Of a stretch of DNA of 64,000 nucleotides, positions 48,079 through 58,984 are shown in pieces. The notes under the pieces were generated by a model. The model was not told where the DNA came from. It made no database searches and worked only from the letters and a program-made list of their open reading frames with translations. Source of the stretch: an uncultured Pseudomonadota bacterium (GTDB taxonomy: Bacteria; Pseudomonadota; Alphaproteobacteria; UBA9219); the NCBI GenBank assembly GCA_903875345.1, contig CAIQVS010000210.1, forward strand, positions 11,861-75,860, given 5' to 3'. Within the stretch, counting starts at the first letter, position 1, and every line of letters starts with the position of its first letter. The position numbers were made by a program, and so were the translations under genes.

Positions 48079-49194
48079 CTTATCTCCCGGTTTCGGATTG
48101 GCGTCGTTGGCCGGTTCGATGTCGTTGTTGATCTTGATCGGCATGCCGTTGCGCAACTTGATCTGGCCGCTGGTCACGATCTGATCGCCTTCTTTGATGC
48201 CGGACAGGATCGCGATCTGGTCGCCGCGCGTTGCGCCCGTCGTCACGAATTGCTGGCGCGCGACAGGCTTGGCGGGATCTTTGGAATCGTCGACGATATA
48301 AACGGTGTTGCCATAGGGATTATAAGTGATCGCCGTTTGCGGCAATGTCAGAAGATGCTCGGACTTGCCGACGTCAAGCGTGACATTCGCGAACATGCCC
48401 GGCAGGAGTTGCTGCGCCGGGTTCTTGAACGTCGCGCGAACCTGAATATTGCGCGTCGCGCCATCAACCTTGGCGTCAATCGCCGTGATCTCGCCTTCGA
48501 AAACCGTGTTGCCATAGGCGTCCACTTTGGCGGTCACCTTCTGCCCCGTCGAGATCTGGGTCAGGGATTGCTCCGGCAAGGTAAAATCGACATAGATCGG
48601 ATCAAGCTGCTGCAATGTGACCAGCGCTGTTCCCGCATTGACATATTGGCCAATGTCGACCTGACGAATGCCGAGATGCCCGCTGAACGGCGCCCGGATG
48701 GTTTTCTTGTCGACAATCGCCTGCTGCTCGGCGACCTGCGCCTTATCGCTGTCGAGCGTGGCCGTGTCATTATCGACCGTCGCCTGACTGACCGCCTGAG
48801 ACTGAAGCTGTTTCGTGTCGCGGTTCAGGGTTATTTCCGCAAGTTTCTCCGCAGCGGCAAGCGCGTTGAGCTTGGCGCGGTCGTCATCGGCGCGCAGCTG
48901 AACCAGCGCGGCGTCTTTTTCCACGTCGCCGCCGGATTCAAAGGCGATGGATTCGACAATACCGGGAACCTCTGACGCAACATCCGTTCCGTTAACGGCG
49001 CGCAAGGTGCCAACAGCTTCAAGCTTGGGTTGCCAATCGCTGTAAACGGCTTTGGTCGCGGATACGGTTTGCGTCGGAATGCCACCGGCCATGATAGCCT
49101 GTTTGGTGCCGGTCTTTTCCATGGTCTTGAAGGCGAGCATCCCGCCGACGCATAGCCCAACCAGCACGATCACGAAAATCAAACGTTTAATCAT
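48076..49194 (-). CDS. RND efflux periplasmic adaptor (membrane fusion protein)
   Basis: It has an N-terminal anchor, lipoyl-like and beta-barrel motifs. ATG 49194 forms an ATGA overlap with the upstream OMF stop (alternative start 49206). Confidence 0.9.
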   Translation of the reverse strand: MIKRLIFVIVLVGLCVGGMLAFKTMEKTGTKQAIMAGGIPTQTVSATKAVYSDWQPKLEAVGTLRAVNGTDVASEVPGIVESIAFESGGDVEKDAALVQLRADDDRAKLNALAAAEKLAEITLNRDTKQLQSQAVSQATVDNDTATLDSDKAQVAEQQAIVDKKTIRAPFSGHLGIRQVDIGQYVNAGTALVTLQQLDPIYVDFTLPEQSLTQISTGQKVTAKVDAYGNTVFEGEITAIDAKVDGATRNIQVRATFKNPAQQLLPGMFANVTLDVGKSEHLLTLPQTAITYNPYGNTVYIVDDSKDPAKPVARQQFVTTGATRGDQIAILSGIKEGDQIVTSGQIKLRNGMPIKINNDIEPANDANPKPGDK

Positions 49195-50744
49195 TCGTGT
49201 CTCCATGCCTGAATTGTAGTGGCGGGTTGTTCGGAATCGCTGTCCTTGTTGTTATGATCCGGCACAGGCGCGGACGCAGCCTGTGGCGCCTCATCCGGCA
49301 CAGCATTCCACCAACCGCCGCCCAGAGCCTGAAACAGCGCCGCCGTGTCGGCATAGCGCTGCGCCTCGGCTTTGATGCGATTGGTGCGCGCCTGCAGCTC
49401 GGTAACTTCGGCGACAAAAAGATCTATGGCGCTGACCGCGCCAGCGTTAAATCTTTCCTGCGTTAATTTCAAATTCTCGCTGGCCGTTTTTTCGGCAGTT
49501 CTGTTGAAATCCAAAGCTTCGGCATCCGATTGCAGCGCCCGCAAGGCATCGGCGACATCTTGAAATGCGGTCAGCACCGTCTTGCGGTACTGGGCGGCGG
49601 CGACATCGAATTGTGCCTCAGCTGCGCCCTGTTGATGCTCCAACTGTCCGGCATCGAAAAGCTTTTGTGTAATATCGAAACCTGCGCTCCAGATTCCGGA
49701 GCCGGGGAAAAACATGCGGCCAAGATTATTCGCCTCGTCGCCGATATTCGCGGTCAGGGCGATTTGCGGAAATCGATTGGCCTCGGCCACGCCAATCGCC
49801 GCGCTGGCCGCGTGAAGGTTGGCTTCGGCGGCGCGCACATCGGGACGTTGCTCGACGAGTTTGGAGGGCAGGCTAACCGGCAATTCACCGGGCAATTCGA
49901 GCGATGACAAAAGGAACTTCGCCCCCGGCTCATGGCTCGGCGTTTCACCGCATAGAATTGAGAGCTGATGCCGGATTAACGCCAACTGTTTTTCAAGCGG
50001 CGGCAGCGTGGCTTTGCTTTGCGCCAGCGCGTTTTGCTGCGTCAACAGGGCGGAACGCGCAACGCTTCCCTGCTTGAATTGCTGTTGCGTCAGGTCAAGT
50101 TGGCGCGTTTCGGCGGCGATAATTTTCTCGGCTGCGTCGATCTGCGCACGTAATGAGGCTTCCTGTATTGCGGTCGTCACGACATTCGATGTCAGGCTGA
50201 GATAGGCGGCCTTGACCTGAAAATCCTGATAGTCCTTTTGCGCTTCAAGCTCTTCCACCGAACGGCGCGCCGCGCCGAAAATATCCAGCACATAGGACGC
50301 GCCGACCGAGGCGTTATGCAAGGTATAAAGCGCGCCCGGAAAATTCCCGCCATTTCCCGCGCCGGAGGTTTTTTGCCGCGACGTGCCGATATCCCCGGTC
50401 ACCGACGGGAACAAAACGCTCTCGCCCGCCGCGAGATTTTCGGAAGCGGCGCGCAGCGAAGCCTGCGCCGCCTTCAAGTCGGGATTGGCCGCAAGCGCCT
50501 TGGCCATCAGGTCGTTCAACGGCTTGGAATGATAAAGAGTCCACCATTGCGAAGGAATATCTTTTCCGGCGGCAAACGACTGGACTGTGACCGCATTATC
50601 CTTGCTCGCGGCGGTTGCCGTCGGCAAAGGCGATGAATCGTAAGCGGTATCGTCCGGTGCCGCCGGACGCTCGAAATCGGGGCCGACGGAACAGCTGGTC
50701 AGCGCCACAAGCAGCGGCGCGAGGAGATAAGAAGAAGGGCGCAC
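49191..50744 (-). CDS. Efflux outer-membrane lipoprotein, NodT family
   Basis: It has the lipobox LVALTSC and two OEP repeats. GTG start at 50744. Confidence 0.9.
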   Translation of the reverse strand: MRPSSYLLAPLLVALTSCSVGPDFERPAAPDDTAYDSSPLPTATAASKDNAVTVQSFAAGKDIPSQWWTLYHSKPLNDLMAKALAANPDLKAAQASLRAASENLAAGESVLFPSVTGDIGTSRQKTSGAGNGGNFPGALYTLHNASVGASYVLDIFGAARRSVEELEAQKDYQDFQVKAAYLSLTSNVVTTAIQEASLRAQIDAAEKIIAAETRQLDLTQQQFKQGSVARSALLTQQNALAQSKATLPPLEKQLALIRHQLSILCGETPSHEPGAKFLLSSLELPGELPVSLPSKLVEQRPDVRAAEANLHAASAAIGVAEANRFPQIALTANIGDEANNLGRMFFPGSGIWSAGFDITQKLFDAGQLEHQQGAAEAQFDVAAAQYRKTVLTAFQDVADALRALQSDAEALDFNRTAEKTASENLKLTQERFNAGAVSAIDLFVAEVTELQARTNRIKAEAQRYADTAALFQALGGGWWNAVPDEAPQAASAPVPDHNNKDSDSEQPATTIQAWRHE

Positions 50745-50780
50745 GAAAAAACCTGTTTACCGAAGTCGCGAGGAGGATTA

Positions 50781-50804
50781 TACATGCATTCATGAATGTA
50801 TGTA
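50781..50804. promoter_or_regulatory. 24-bp near-perfect palindrome, candidate TetR operator
   Basis: TACATGCATTCA|TGAATGTATGTA (one mismatch) lies centrally between the divergent NodT and TetR genes. It is flanked by TGTTTAC/GTAAACA and by AAGGTTTTT-N12-AAAAACCTT (50821-50850). Confidence 0.45.
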
Positions 50805-50873
50805 AACAAAAATTGTTTCCAAGGTTTTTAAGAATGATTCCAAAAACCTTGACTTTGGCGGGGCGTTAACCCC

Positions 50874-51506
50874 GTGGCGCGTCGGACAAAAGACGAAGCG
50901 GTGCGCACGCGCGACGCCATTCTGGACGCGGCGGAGCGCGTTTTCTACAAACACGGCGTGGCGCGAACCTCGCTTGAGGAGATTGCGCAGGCGGCGAAAG
51001 TAACGCGCGGCGCCGTCTATTGGCATTTCCGCGACAAGATCGCGCTGTGCGAAGCGATGATGAACCGTATTTTTCTGCCGCAGGAAGATGTGCTGGAGCG
51101 TCTCGCCGCCAGCGAGTCCGACACGCCGCTTGAGGATCTGAAAAGCGCTTGCTGCCATTCCCTGCATATGATGGCGAGCGATAAACGCCGCAAGCGCGTC
51201 GTCTCGATCATCATGCTGCGCTGTGAATATGTGGACGAAATGGCGCCGATGATGAAACGCCGCCGCGCCTGCAAGGACCGTATGCTGGAACGCACGGAAC
51301 GCCTGTTCAAGCAGGCTCAAAAGGTTGGCCATCTATCGCCGCATTGGTCGCCGCATCATGCCGCCATCGGTCTTCAGGCGATGATAGGCGGCCTGATCAA
51401 CAGCGCCTTGGAGGGACGCAAGGATTTCGACCTCGCGACAACCGCGCCCGCCTGTATCGAAGCGTTCTTTCATTCCCTCTCGACACCCACGCGGAAATCC
51501 CGATGA
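50874..51506 (+). CDS. TetR/AcrR family transcriptional regulator
   Basis: The N-terminal HTH is RDAILDAAERVFYKHGVARTSLEEIAQAAKVTRGAVYWHF. GTG start. Confidence 0.9.
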   Translation: MARRTKDEAVRTRDAILDAAERVFYKHGVARTSLEEIAQAAKVTRGAVYWHFRDKIALCEAMMNRIFLPQEDVLERLAASESDTPLEDLKSACCHSLHMMASDKRRKRVVSIIMLRCEYVDEMAPMMKRRRACKDRMLERTERLFKQAQKVGHLSPHWSPHHAAIGLQAMIGGLINSALEGRKDFDLATTAPACIEAFFHSLSTPTRKSR

Positions 51507-52474
51507 CCGATTCATGGCACACCGCTCTGGCCGGATTGCTTGCGTTGATGGGCATCGGTTCTCCCGATGCCGTAACCTATCAGGGCTATGGCGAAGGCGA
51601 ATACGTCCTTGTCGCGCCGCAGCTTTCCGGCACGGTTGACACGCTTGAGGTCAAGCGCGGGCAAACGGTTCACAAGGGCGACGCGCTGTTCACGCTCGAA
51701 CATGGCGCCGAGCAAGCCGCCGTCGATCAGGCCAAGGCGCAGCTGGCGCACGATGAAGAAACGATGATCGATCTTTTGAAAGCCAAGCGCCAGCCGGAGC
51801 TGGATCAACTCATCGCCTCGCGCGACGAGGCCAATGCCAATCTGAACATCGCTGAGATCACTTTCGCCCGCGATCAGAAGCAGATCGCGACGCATGCGGT
51901 CAGCCAAGCGACGCTGGATGCCGATCAGGCCGCGCGGGATCAGGCGCGCGCCAAACTTGCGGAAGCCGAGGCGGCTCTGGCAACCGGTAAATTATCGACG
52001 GGACGGGACGATGCAATTCTCGCGGCGCAAGCGACCGTCGGCGCCAGCCGCGCCGCGCTGGCCGCCGCCGAATGGCGCTTGAATCAAAAATCCCTGACTT
52101 CGCCGACCGATGCGTTCGTTTTCGACACGTTATTCCGCGTTGGCGAATATGCGAATGCGGGACAAGCGGTCGTATCGCTGCTTCCGGCTTCGAACATCCG
52201 CGTGCGTTTTTTCGTGCCGGGAACGGATTTGCCGAAGTTGGCCGCAGGAGCGCCGGTCACGATCAACGAGACCGGCAGCATGACGCCCATCCCGGCGCAT
52301 ATCACCTATATCGCGCCGCAAGCCGAATATTCGCCGCCGGAATTGTACAACCGAGACAACCGCGAAAAGCTTCTCTATATGCTCGAAGCGACGCCCGACG
52401 CGATGCCCGAACGCGTCCACCCCGGCCAGCCGGTGGATGTGGTCATGCCCAAAGCAAGCTCCAGCAATGACTGA
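51503..52474 (+). CDS. HlyD-family membrane fusion protein (YbhG-like)
   Basis: It shares an ATGA overlap with the TetR stop. It has a lipoyl-like GDALFTLE motif and a long coiled-coil hairpin. Confidence 0.85.
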   Translation: MTDSWHTALAGLLALMGIGSPDAVTYQGYGEGEYVLVAPQLSGTVDTLEVKRGQTVHKGDALFTLEHGAEQAAVDQAKAQLAHDEETMIDLLKAKRQPELDQLIASRDEANANLNIAEITFARDQKQIATHAVSQATLDADQAARDQARAKLAEAEAALATGKLSTGRDDAILAAQATVGASRAALAAAEWRLNQKSLTSPTDAFVFDTLFRVGEYANAGQAVVSLLPASNIRVRFFVPGTDLPKLAAGAPVTINETGSMTPIPAHITYIAPQAEYSPPELYNRDNREKLLYMLEATPDAMPERVHPGQPVDVVMPKASSSND

Positions 52475-53423
52475 CGATGCCGCCCGCGCCGCGCATTCCG
52501 AACTCGCCATTTCGGTGAAAGATTTGCGCAAGTCGTTCGGCGGGCGCGAGGTCGTGCGCGGCTGCTCGATTGATGTGCCGTATGGAAATATCTATGGCTT
52601 TCTCGGACCCAACGGCACCGGCAAGACGACGACGATCCGGATGTTGTGCGGCTTGCTGCACCCCGATTCCGGCGAGGGGACATGCCTCGGCTATAATATC
52701 CGCAGCGAATCCGCCGCGATCAAACGGCAATCCGGTTATATGCCGCAGAAATTCGGTCTCTATGAAGATCTGACAATCCGCGAGAATCTGGAATTCGTCG
52801 CGCGGCTTTATGAAATGACGGACGCGCGGCAAACTGCGACCGACGCGCTGCATCGTCTCGGCCTCACCAACCGCCAAAACCAGTTGGCCGGGCAATTGTC
52901 GGGGGGGTGGAAACAGCGGCTCGCGCTTGCGGCCTGCATTCTGCACAAACCCCGTTTGCTTTTGCTCGACGAACCGACGGCGGGCGTCGATCCGCGCGCG
53001 CGGCGCGAGTTCTGGGATAAAATTCACGATTTCGCCGACGAAGGCGTTACCGTTCTTGTCAGCACGCATTACATGGACGAGGCCGAGCGTTGCCACCAGA
53101 TCGGCTATCTGCTCGACGGACGGTTGCTGGTGCATGGAACCGTTCCGGACATCATAGCAGCGTCGAAGTTGACGATGTGGAGGGTCACGTCGGAACGTTC
53201 GGCGGAGATTCGCAAAGCTCTTGAAGGCCGTCCGGGCGTTGAGATGGTCACGAGTTTCGGAATCCAGCTGCATGTCGTCGGCGAAGACGCGGCGGCGTTG
53301 CGCGCCACAGTTGAAAATGTGAAAGAACAATTTTCCGCTGAAATCCAGAATCTGCCGCCGACGCTGGAGGATATATTCATTCACACGATGTCGCGCTCCG
53401 GTGCCGATCGCGAGGCCGCATGA
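52467..53423 (+). CDS. ABC transporter ATP-binding protein
   Basis: It has GPNGTGKTT (Walker A), LSGGWKQRL (signature) and LLLDEP (Walker B). It overlaps the upstream gene by 8 nt. Confidence 0.92.
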   Translation: MTDDAARAAHSELAISVKDLRKSFGGREVVRGCSIDVPYGNIYGFLGPNGTGKTTTIRMLCGLLHPDSGEGTCLGYNIRSESAAIKRQSGYMPQKFGLYEDLTIRENLEFVARLYEMTDARQTATDALHRLGLTNRQNQLAGQLSGGWKQRLALAACILHKPRLLLLDEPTAGVDPRARREFWDKIHDFADEGVTVLVSTHYMDEAERCHQIGYLLDGRLLVHGTVPDIIAASKLTMWRVTSERSAEIRKALEGRPGVEMVTSFGIQLHVVGEDAAALRATVENVKEQFSAEIQNLPPTLEDIFIHTMSRSGADREAA

Positions 53424-54553
53424 GTAACCGCTTCTCCCTGCTTCGCTTCCGCGCCCTGATGATCAAGGAGTTCATCCAGATTTTGCGTGATAAATCGACC
53501 TTCGGCATTATCTTCATGATGCCGATCATCCAGCTTCTGATCTACGGTTATGCCATCAACACGAACCCCAAGATGCTGCCGACGGCGCTCGTGACCGCCG
53601 ACCAATCGGCCTATGTGCGCAGCATCACGACCGCTCTGCAAAACACCGGCTATTTCAAGATTACCGAGAAACCTGCGACCGAGGCTGAAGCCGAGAAGCT
53701 GATGGCCGAAGGCAAGGTGCAGTTCATCATCGAGATTCCGGTCGATTTCACGCGCGACCTGCTGCGCGGCGCGACGCCAAATATGGCCGTGATAGCGGAC
53801 GCCACCGATCCCGTCGCCGTCGGCAACGCGATGGGTTCGCTCGGTACGATCAATCAAACGGCTTTGTCGCGGGATCTGGCCGATGCGCCCGCCCTTCAAC
53901 CGCGCGCGCCGCCGTTTCATATCGTCACCCACAATCGCTATAATCCCGAAGGGCTGACGGCTTATAACATCGTGCCGGGGTTGATCGGCTTGCTGCTGAA
54001 CATGACGCTCGTGTCGATGACGGCGGTCGCCATCACGCGCGAACGCGAACGTGGCACGCTCGAAAATTTATTGGCGATGCCCGCGCGACCGTTCGAGGTC
54101 ATGCTTGGCAAGATCGCGCCTTTCATTCTGATCGCCTATCTGCAAACGCTGGTCATCCTCGGCATGGCGATGGTTCTTTTTGGCTTGCCGATCGAGGGCA
54201 GTCCCTTGCTGCTGGCGCTGGCGCTCAGCGTCTACATCGTCGCCAATCTCGGCATCGGCTTCACCATCTCGACCTTCGCCACCAATCAGCTGCAAGCGAT
54301 GCAGCTGACAATGTTCTATTTCCTGCCGTCGCTGCTGTTGTCGGGATTCTTTTTTCCGTTTCGCGGCATGCCGATGTGGGCGCAGACCTTGGGCGAGATG
54401 TTTCCTATCACGCACATTTTGCGCATCATTCGCGGCATCGTCCTGAAAGGCGTCAACGCCAGCGACATCTGGCCGGAGACGTGGCCGATGCTGATTTTCG
54501 TCGTTTTTATCGGCTTCGTCGCCATGCGGCGTTACCGCGAGACGCTGGATTAG
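53420..54553 (+). CDS. ABC-2 type transporter permease
   Basis: It shares an ATGA overlap with the ATPase gene. It has an N-terminal TM helix, a large extracytoplasmic loop and five C-terminal TM segments. Confidence 0.9.
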   Translation: MSNRFSLLRFRALMIKEFIQILRDKSTFGIIFMMPIIQLLIYGYAINTNPKMLPTALVTADQSAYVRSITTALQNTGYFKITEKPATEAEAEKLMAEGKVQFIIEIPVDFTRDLLRGATPNMAVIADATDPVAVGNAMGSLGTINQTALSRDLADAPALQPRAPPFHIVTHNRYNPEGLTAYNIVPGLIGLLLNMTLVSMTAVAITRERERGTLENLLAMPARPFEVMLGKIAPFILIAYLQTLVILGMAMVLFGLPIEGSPLLLALALSVYIVANLGIGFTISTFATNQLQAMQLTMFYFLPSLLLSGFFFPFRGMPMWAQTLGEMFPITHILRIIRGIVLKGVNASDIWPETWPMLIFVVFIGFVAMRRYRETLD

Positions 54554-54654
54554 CGGAACGAACGAAAATTTCAGCACGTCGACATACGCAGATATGCAAA
54601 CTTAAACGGGGCTTAATGCCCTGTGCCTAAAATGAAGCCATCTCTGGTTTCATC

Positions 54655-57156
54655 ATGATGTTATTCCTTCATTTTTATCGCGGATCGTTGTCGCGGCGCA
54701 TCCTGATTCAGATGTTCGCCGCCAGCTTTTTCGCCTTGCTGGTTGTGGGGCTGTTGATCCACGCGCGGATCGATCATTATATCGACCTGCTGAACGTCGA
54801 TTACGCCTTGCGCATCGCCAATGGAACGATCTTCGATACGCGGCGTCTCGGAGCCGACGTGGATCGCGATTTGGCCGTCATGCTGGCGCTGGCCGTTCTG
54901 GCGGCTGGCGGAATGATCGCCCTTTTTTACCACATCATCCAAAAAGCCCTTCTCCGCTCCTTGAGCGTCATCGAGTCCACCCTTCAGAAACGCGCGGCGG
55001 GCGACACGGAGGCGCTGGCCGACATTCCTCCGTCGGATGAGCTTGGAGCGTTCGCCGCCACGTTAAACGGAATGTTGCAAAGTCTGACCATAGGCGAGGC
55101 CTATCGCCGCGAACAAGAACAACAGGTGATGGATTATGCCGAACAGCTGGAAGGAAAAACGATTGAACTTGAGGTGGCGCGCGCGACGGCTGAGCGCGCG
55201 ACCGAAGCGAAAAGCGACTTTCTGGCGACCATGAGCCATGAAATCCGCACGCCCATGAATGGCATTATCGGCATGACGGAATTGCTGCTGGAAACGCCGC
55301 TCGACGCGAAACAAACCCGTTACGCGCAAACCGTCATCCATTCGGCGGACGCCTTGCTGACCCTCATCAACGATATTCTCGATTTATCGAAGATCGAGGC
55401 CGGTAAACTTGAACTAGAGCCGGTTTTTTTCGATCTGCACCAATTGGTCATCGAAGTGATCGAGCTGTTCTCGATCAAGGCTCGGGAAAAAGCTATTGCC
55501 GTATCGGCCTGTATAGAAACGGGCACCCCGCGCCACGTCATCGGTGACCCGGTTCGCATACGCCAGCTCCTTTCCAATCTCATTGCCAATGCTGTAAAAT
55601 TTACGTTGAAGGGGGATGTCAAAGTGACGCTTTCGTCAACCGTCGCCCCGGCGGGAGAGGGAAGCTCCGCGCTCTTCAAAGTTGCGGTGCAGGATACAGG
55701 GATTGGCATTAGTCCTGACGCGCAACACTATATATTCGATAAATTTACCCAAGCCGACGCATCGACGACGCGAAAATTTGGCGGCTCTGGACTTGGGCTT
55801 GCCATCTGCAAGAAACTGGCAACCATGATGAATGGCGAAATCGGCGTCGAAAGCGTGATCGATCAGGGATCGACGTTTTGGTTCAGCATGAAATTGCGTT
55901 TGGCCGAAGCGCCGCTGGAAACCGAAGACGCCGCGCCGCGCTTGTCGCCGGAGCATTTTCGCCGCGTCCGCATTCTTCTGGCTGAAGACAATCCCATCGA
56001 TCAGGAATTCACCGTGAGCATCCTTGAGAATCTCGGCTGTCAGGTTGCGGTTGTCGAAACCGGCGCCGCTGCTCTGGAGGCCGCTGCGAACGGCAATTAC
56101 GATTTGATCCTGATGGATTGCGAGATGCCCGGAATGAATGGCTTCGAGGCTTCGCATGCTCTGACCGCGCTTAAAATGAACGGCACCTGCCCGGATCGCC
56201 CCATCATTGGTCTGAGCGCTAATGTCGATACAAAGATTCGCGAGCATGGACTGTCCTGCGGCATGATCGATCTTGTTGCCAAGCCTTTGCGCAAGGATTT
56301 GTTGTTGCAAACCCTGCAGGCTTGGCTGCCGACGATCAGTCATGATGATGCGCCCACAATTATCTCCGGTAACTCCTTAAGGAACAAAATAATCCTTCTG
56401 GCCGAAGACAATCCCGTCAACACCGAGCTCGTCACCGAAGTTCTGCATTCCTTCGGATGCAAGGTTATAGCCGTCGACAACGGCCATGCGGCGATCGATA
56501 CGCTGACACGCGTTCCGGATATTGATTTGGTCCTGATGGATTGCATGATGCCGTATATGGACGGATTCAAGACGACGCGTAACATTCGCGTGCTGGAGGA
56601 ATCCGGAACCCTTCCCCACGTGCCGATCATAGCGCTTACCGCGCTTGCCATGAAAAGGGATCGCAAGCGCTGCTTGGCGGCAGGCATGAATGATTACATC
56701 AGCAAACCGGTACATAAGGATGAACTTCGCGCCAAGCTTGTCCTGTGGATTGAGGACAAAGCCATTCATCAAATTCAAGACACTCGCATAGGAACACACG
56801 AGGCTCCGTTCGATCGGACGACCCTTGAAGACTTGCGGCGATCTCTGGGCGTCAAGTTTGATAAAATAATCGGGCTTTTTTGCAGCGATACGCGTCAACG
56901 CATTGAAGCGCTTGAGGCTGCGCTGGCGCCGCAACGCGATGCCGCGCGCATTACGCTGGAGTCTCATTCCATCTGTTCATCGGCTTTGCATCTGGGCGCG
57001 AAGCAGCTGGCCAACCTTGCGGGCGAGCTTGAGGAAGCGTCCCGTCGCGACGATCCCGGCAGTCGTTTTGATTATGAAAAGCATATAGAGCGCTTGCGAC
57101 ACGCCTTCGAACAGGTTGAGCGCAGAATCCTATCCCTGACCGATCCGGCTGTTTAG
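54655..57156 (+). CDS. Hybrid sensor histidine kinase: 2 TM, HAMP, HisKA, HATPase, REC, REC, HPt
   Basis: It has the H-box [10 protein letters not shown] and G-box [11 protein letters not shown]. Two receiver modules are present ([11 protein letters not shown] and [11 protein letters not shown]). The C-terminal HPt-like segment is [12 protein letters not shown]. Confidence 0.92.
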   Translation: MMLFLHFYRGSLSRRILIQMFAASFFALLVVGLLIHARIDHYIDLLNVDYALRIANGTIFDTRRLGADVDRDLAVMLALAVLAAGGMIALFYHIIQKALLRSLSVIESTLQKRAAGDTEALADIPPSDELGAFAATLNGMLQSLTIGEAYRREQEQQVMDYAEQLEGKTIELEVARATAERATEAKSDFLATMSHEIRTPMNGIIGMTELLLETPLDAKQTRYAQTVIHSADALLTLINDILDLSKIEAGKLELEPVFFDLHQLVIEVIELFSIKAREKAIAVSACIETGTPRHVIGDPVRIRQLLSNLIANAVKFTLKGDVKVTLSSTVAPAGEGSSALFKVAVQDTGIGISPDAQHYIFDKFTQADASTTRKFGGSGLGLAICKKLATMMNGEIGVESVIDQGSTFWFSMKLRLAEAPLETEDAAPRLSPEHFRRVRILLAEDNPIDQEFTVSILENLGCQVAVVETGAAALEAAANGNYDLILMDCEMPGMNGFEASHALTALKMNGTCPDRPIIGLSANVDTKIREHGLSCGMIDLVAKPLRKDLLLQTLQAWLPTISHDDAPTIISGNSLRNKIILLAEDNPVNTELVTEVLHSFGCKVIAVDNGHAAIDTLTRVPDIDLVLMDCMMPYMDGFKTTRNIRVLEESGTLPHVPIIALTALAMKRDRKRCLAAGMNDYISKPVHKDELRAKLVLWIEDKAIHQIQDTRIGTHEAPFDRTTLEDLRRSLGVKFDKIIGLFCSDTRQRIEALEAALAPQRDAARITLESHSICSSALHLGAKQLANLAGELEEASRRDDPGSRFDYEKHIERLRHAFEQVERRILSLTDPAV

Positions 57157-57430
57157 GGGCAAAACCTTACCTCCGGTTGAGAATCGTGACGATCCACCCG
57201 TCATAAAAATCACAAGAAACTTACTTTGGATTCAATCCAATTTTAGATGTTTTTTTCCGATCCGTCTGCAAACGTGAAGGAATCGGCAACGGGCGCAAAG
57301 GGTTTCCCTTGCCAGCCGGTTCTGTCAACCGATGTGGAGGACAAATGGAGCTGCATAAGTCAAGAGTTCTTTAAAGTTAATCTGTTAACCTCTAAGGTGC
57401 TGATTCACACTTAAATCTTCCGCTCGGACT

Positions 57431-58675
57431 ATGTCACCGTCTAACGTCGATTTTAAGCGACTCTCGCAAGAAGAATTGAATGCGGTCATTGATCGGCATG
57501 AGAACTACACGGCTGGCCGCAACGGCGGGCTGAAAGCCAATCTTGCGTATCATGATTTGACGGGTCTCTCGTTTGCCAAGCGCAATTTATCGGACGCCGA
57601 TTTTACGGGATCCATCTTGTGCGATGCGAATATGCAAGGCACGAAGCTGGATCGTGCGGTTCTGTTTTGCGTCGATATGCGCAACACCGATTTGCGCGGC
57701 GCGAGCCTGAAACGTGCCGACTTGCGTGGCGCATCGATGCGGGGCGCCGTTCTGGTTGGCTCGAATATGGAAGGCGTCGATCTGCGCGAAGGCTCGCTGG
57801 CGAATGCCGATGGCAGCGGAAATCTTCAGGCGGCGCACAAAAATCTAACGATCGCCGACAAAGGCGGTGCCAATCTTGCCGGCAGCAACCTGAGCGAAGC
57901 CAAACTGTCCGGCGCCGTCGCCATCGCCAGCAACTTCACCGATGCGACGATGAAAAATGTCCGGCTCAGGAATGCCGATCTGACGGGGTCGAATTTCTCC
58001 GGCACGAATCTGGAGCGTTCGGATTTCGAGAATTGCACCTTGCAGGATGTCATTCTGCGAGGCGCCGTTATAACCGGCACGAAAATCAACCTGAGCGAGA
58101 TATCAAAGGAGAATCAGGAAGGCATTCTGACCGAACAGGCGGTTGGAAAATCCACCAAGGATTTGCCGATGCCCATGGAAGATTTATTGAGGTTGCACAA
58201 GATATGGCTGGAGTCGAATGGGAAATCAGGCAAAGGGCTTGATGTCAGCCGTTATGATTTGCGCAAGGGCGTGGATTTTTCCGGCGCGTGCCTGACGATG
58301 ATGCGCGCCCATAACGCCACCCTTTTTGGCGTCAACTTTATGAAAGCGCAGCTTCAATCTGCGGATATGAAAAGTTCGGACTTGCGCCAAGCAGTTTTCG
58401 AGCTGGCGGATATGCGCGGCATACAGCTTCATGGCACGCGCCTGAACAGCGCCAATTTTAAGCAAGCGCAGCTTCAGCCGTTGGCGCTCGGCGGCAAGCG
58501 TTCGCTGAAGTCCAATCTTTCAAAGGCCTCTCTGCAATTTGCGGATTTCTCAGGAGCCAATCTGGCTCAGGTCGATTTCCGCGATGCCGATTTAACAGAC
58601 GCCAATCTTCGCGGCGCGGATCTGACCGGCGCGGATTTGACCGGAGCCATTCTTAAAGGCACGCTGCGCGACTGA
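57431..58675 (+). CDS. Pentapeptide-repeat protein with two tandem modules
   Basis: There are dozens of A(D/N)LxG-type pentads. Each module is preceded by a helix (LNAVIDRHENYTAGRNGG and LLRLHKIWLESNGKSGKG). The gene is AT-richer than the flanking genes. Confidence 0.85.
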   Translation: MSPSNVDFKRLSQEELNAVIDRHENYTAGRNGGLKANLAYHDLTGLSFAKRNLSDADFTGSILCDANMQGTKLDRAVLFCVDMRNTDLRGASLKRADLRGASMRGAVLVGSNMEGVDLREGSLANADGSGNLQAAHKNLTIADKGGANLAGSNLSEAKLSGAVAIASNFTDATMKNVRLRNADLTGSNFSGTNLERSDFENCTLQDVILRGAVITGTKINLSEISKENQEGILTEQAVGKSTKDLPMPMEDLLRLHKIWLESNGKSGKGLDVSRYDLRKGVDFSGACLTMMRAHNATLFGVNFMKAQLQSADMKSSDLRQAVFELADMRGIQLHGTRLNSANFKQAQLQPLALGGKRSLKSNLSKASLQFADFSGANLAQVDFRDADLTDANLRGADLTGADLTGAILKGTLRD

Positions 58676-58984
58676 TGCCAAAACTTTTTGTCCTCTATGT
58701 GCGCCGCTGAAGCCAATGTGACTAGATTCTTCATAGAGGCCAGTGAAGGGGGTCTCGTGGTGGGGTCGGGTGTGGGACAGGGCGAGGCGCGCAAGGGTTT
58801 GACGTTAAGGGTGAAATCAGCAATTTTCTTGCTCTGGATCGCTTGGGATTGAAACTAATGATCGGCATTGCCTGCTAACCCATAATCTGCGTGGAAAAAT
58901 CTTAATACTTGCAGACAATTGGGGTAAAATTACCCCAAGTAGTGAAATTGCGTATCGTAGGCAGTTGGTATTTTTTCTAGAGAG

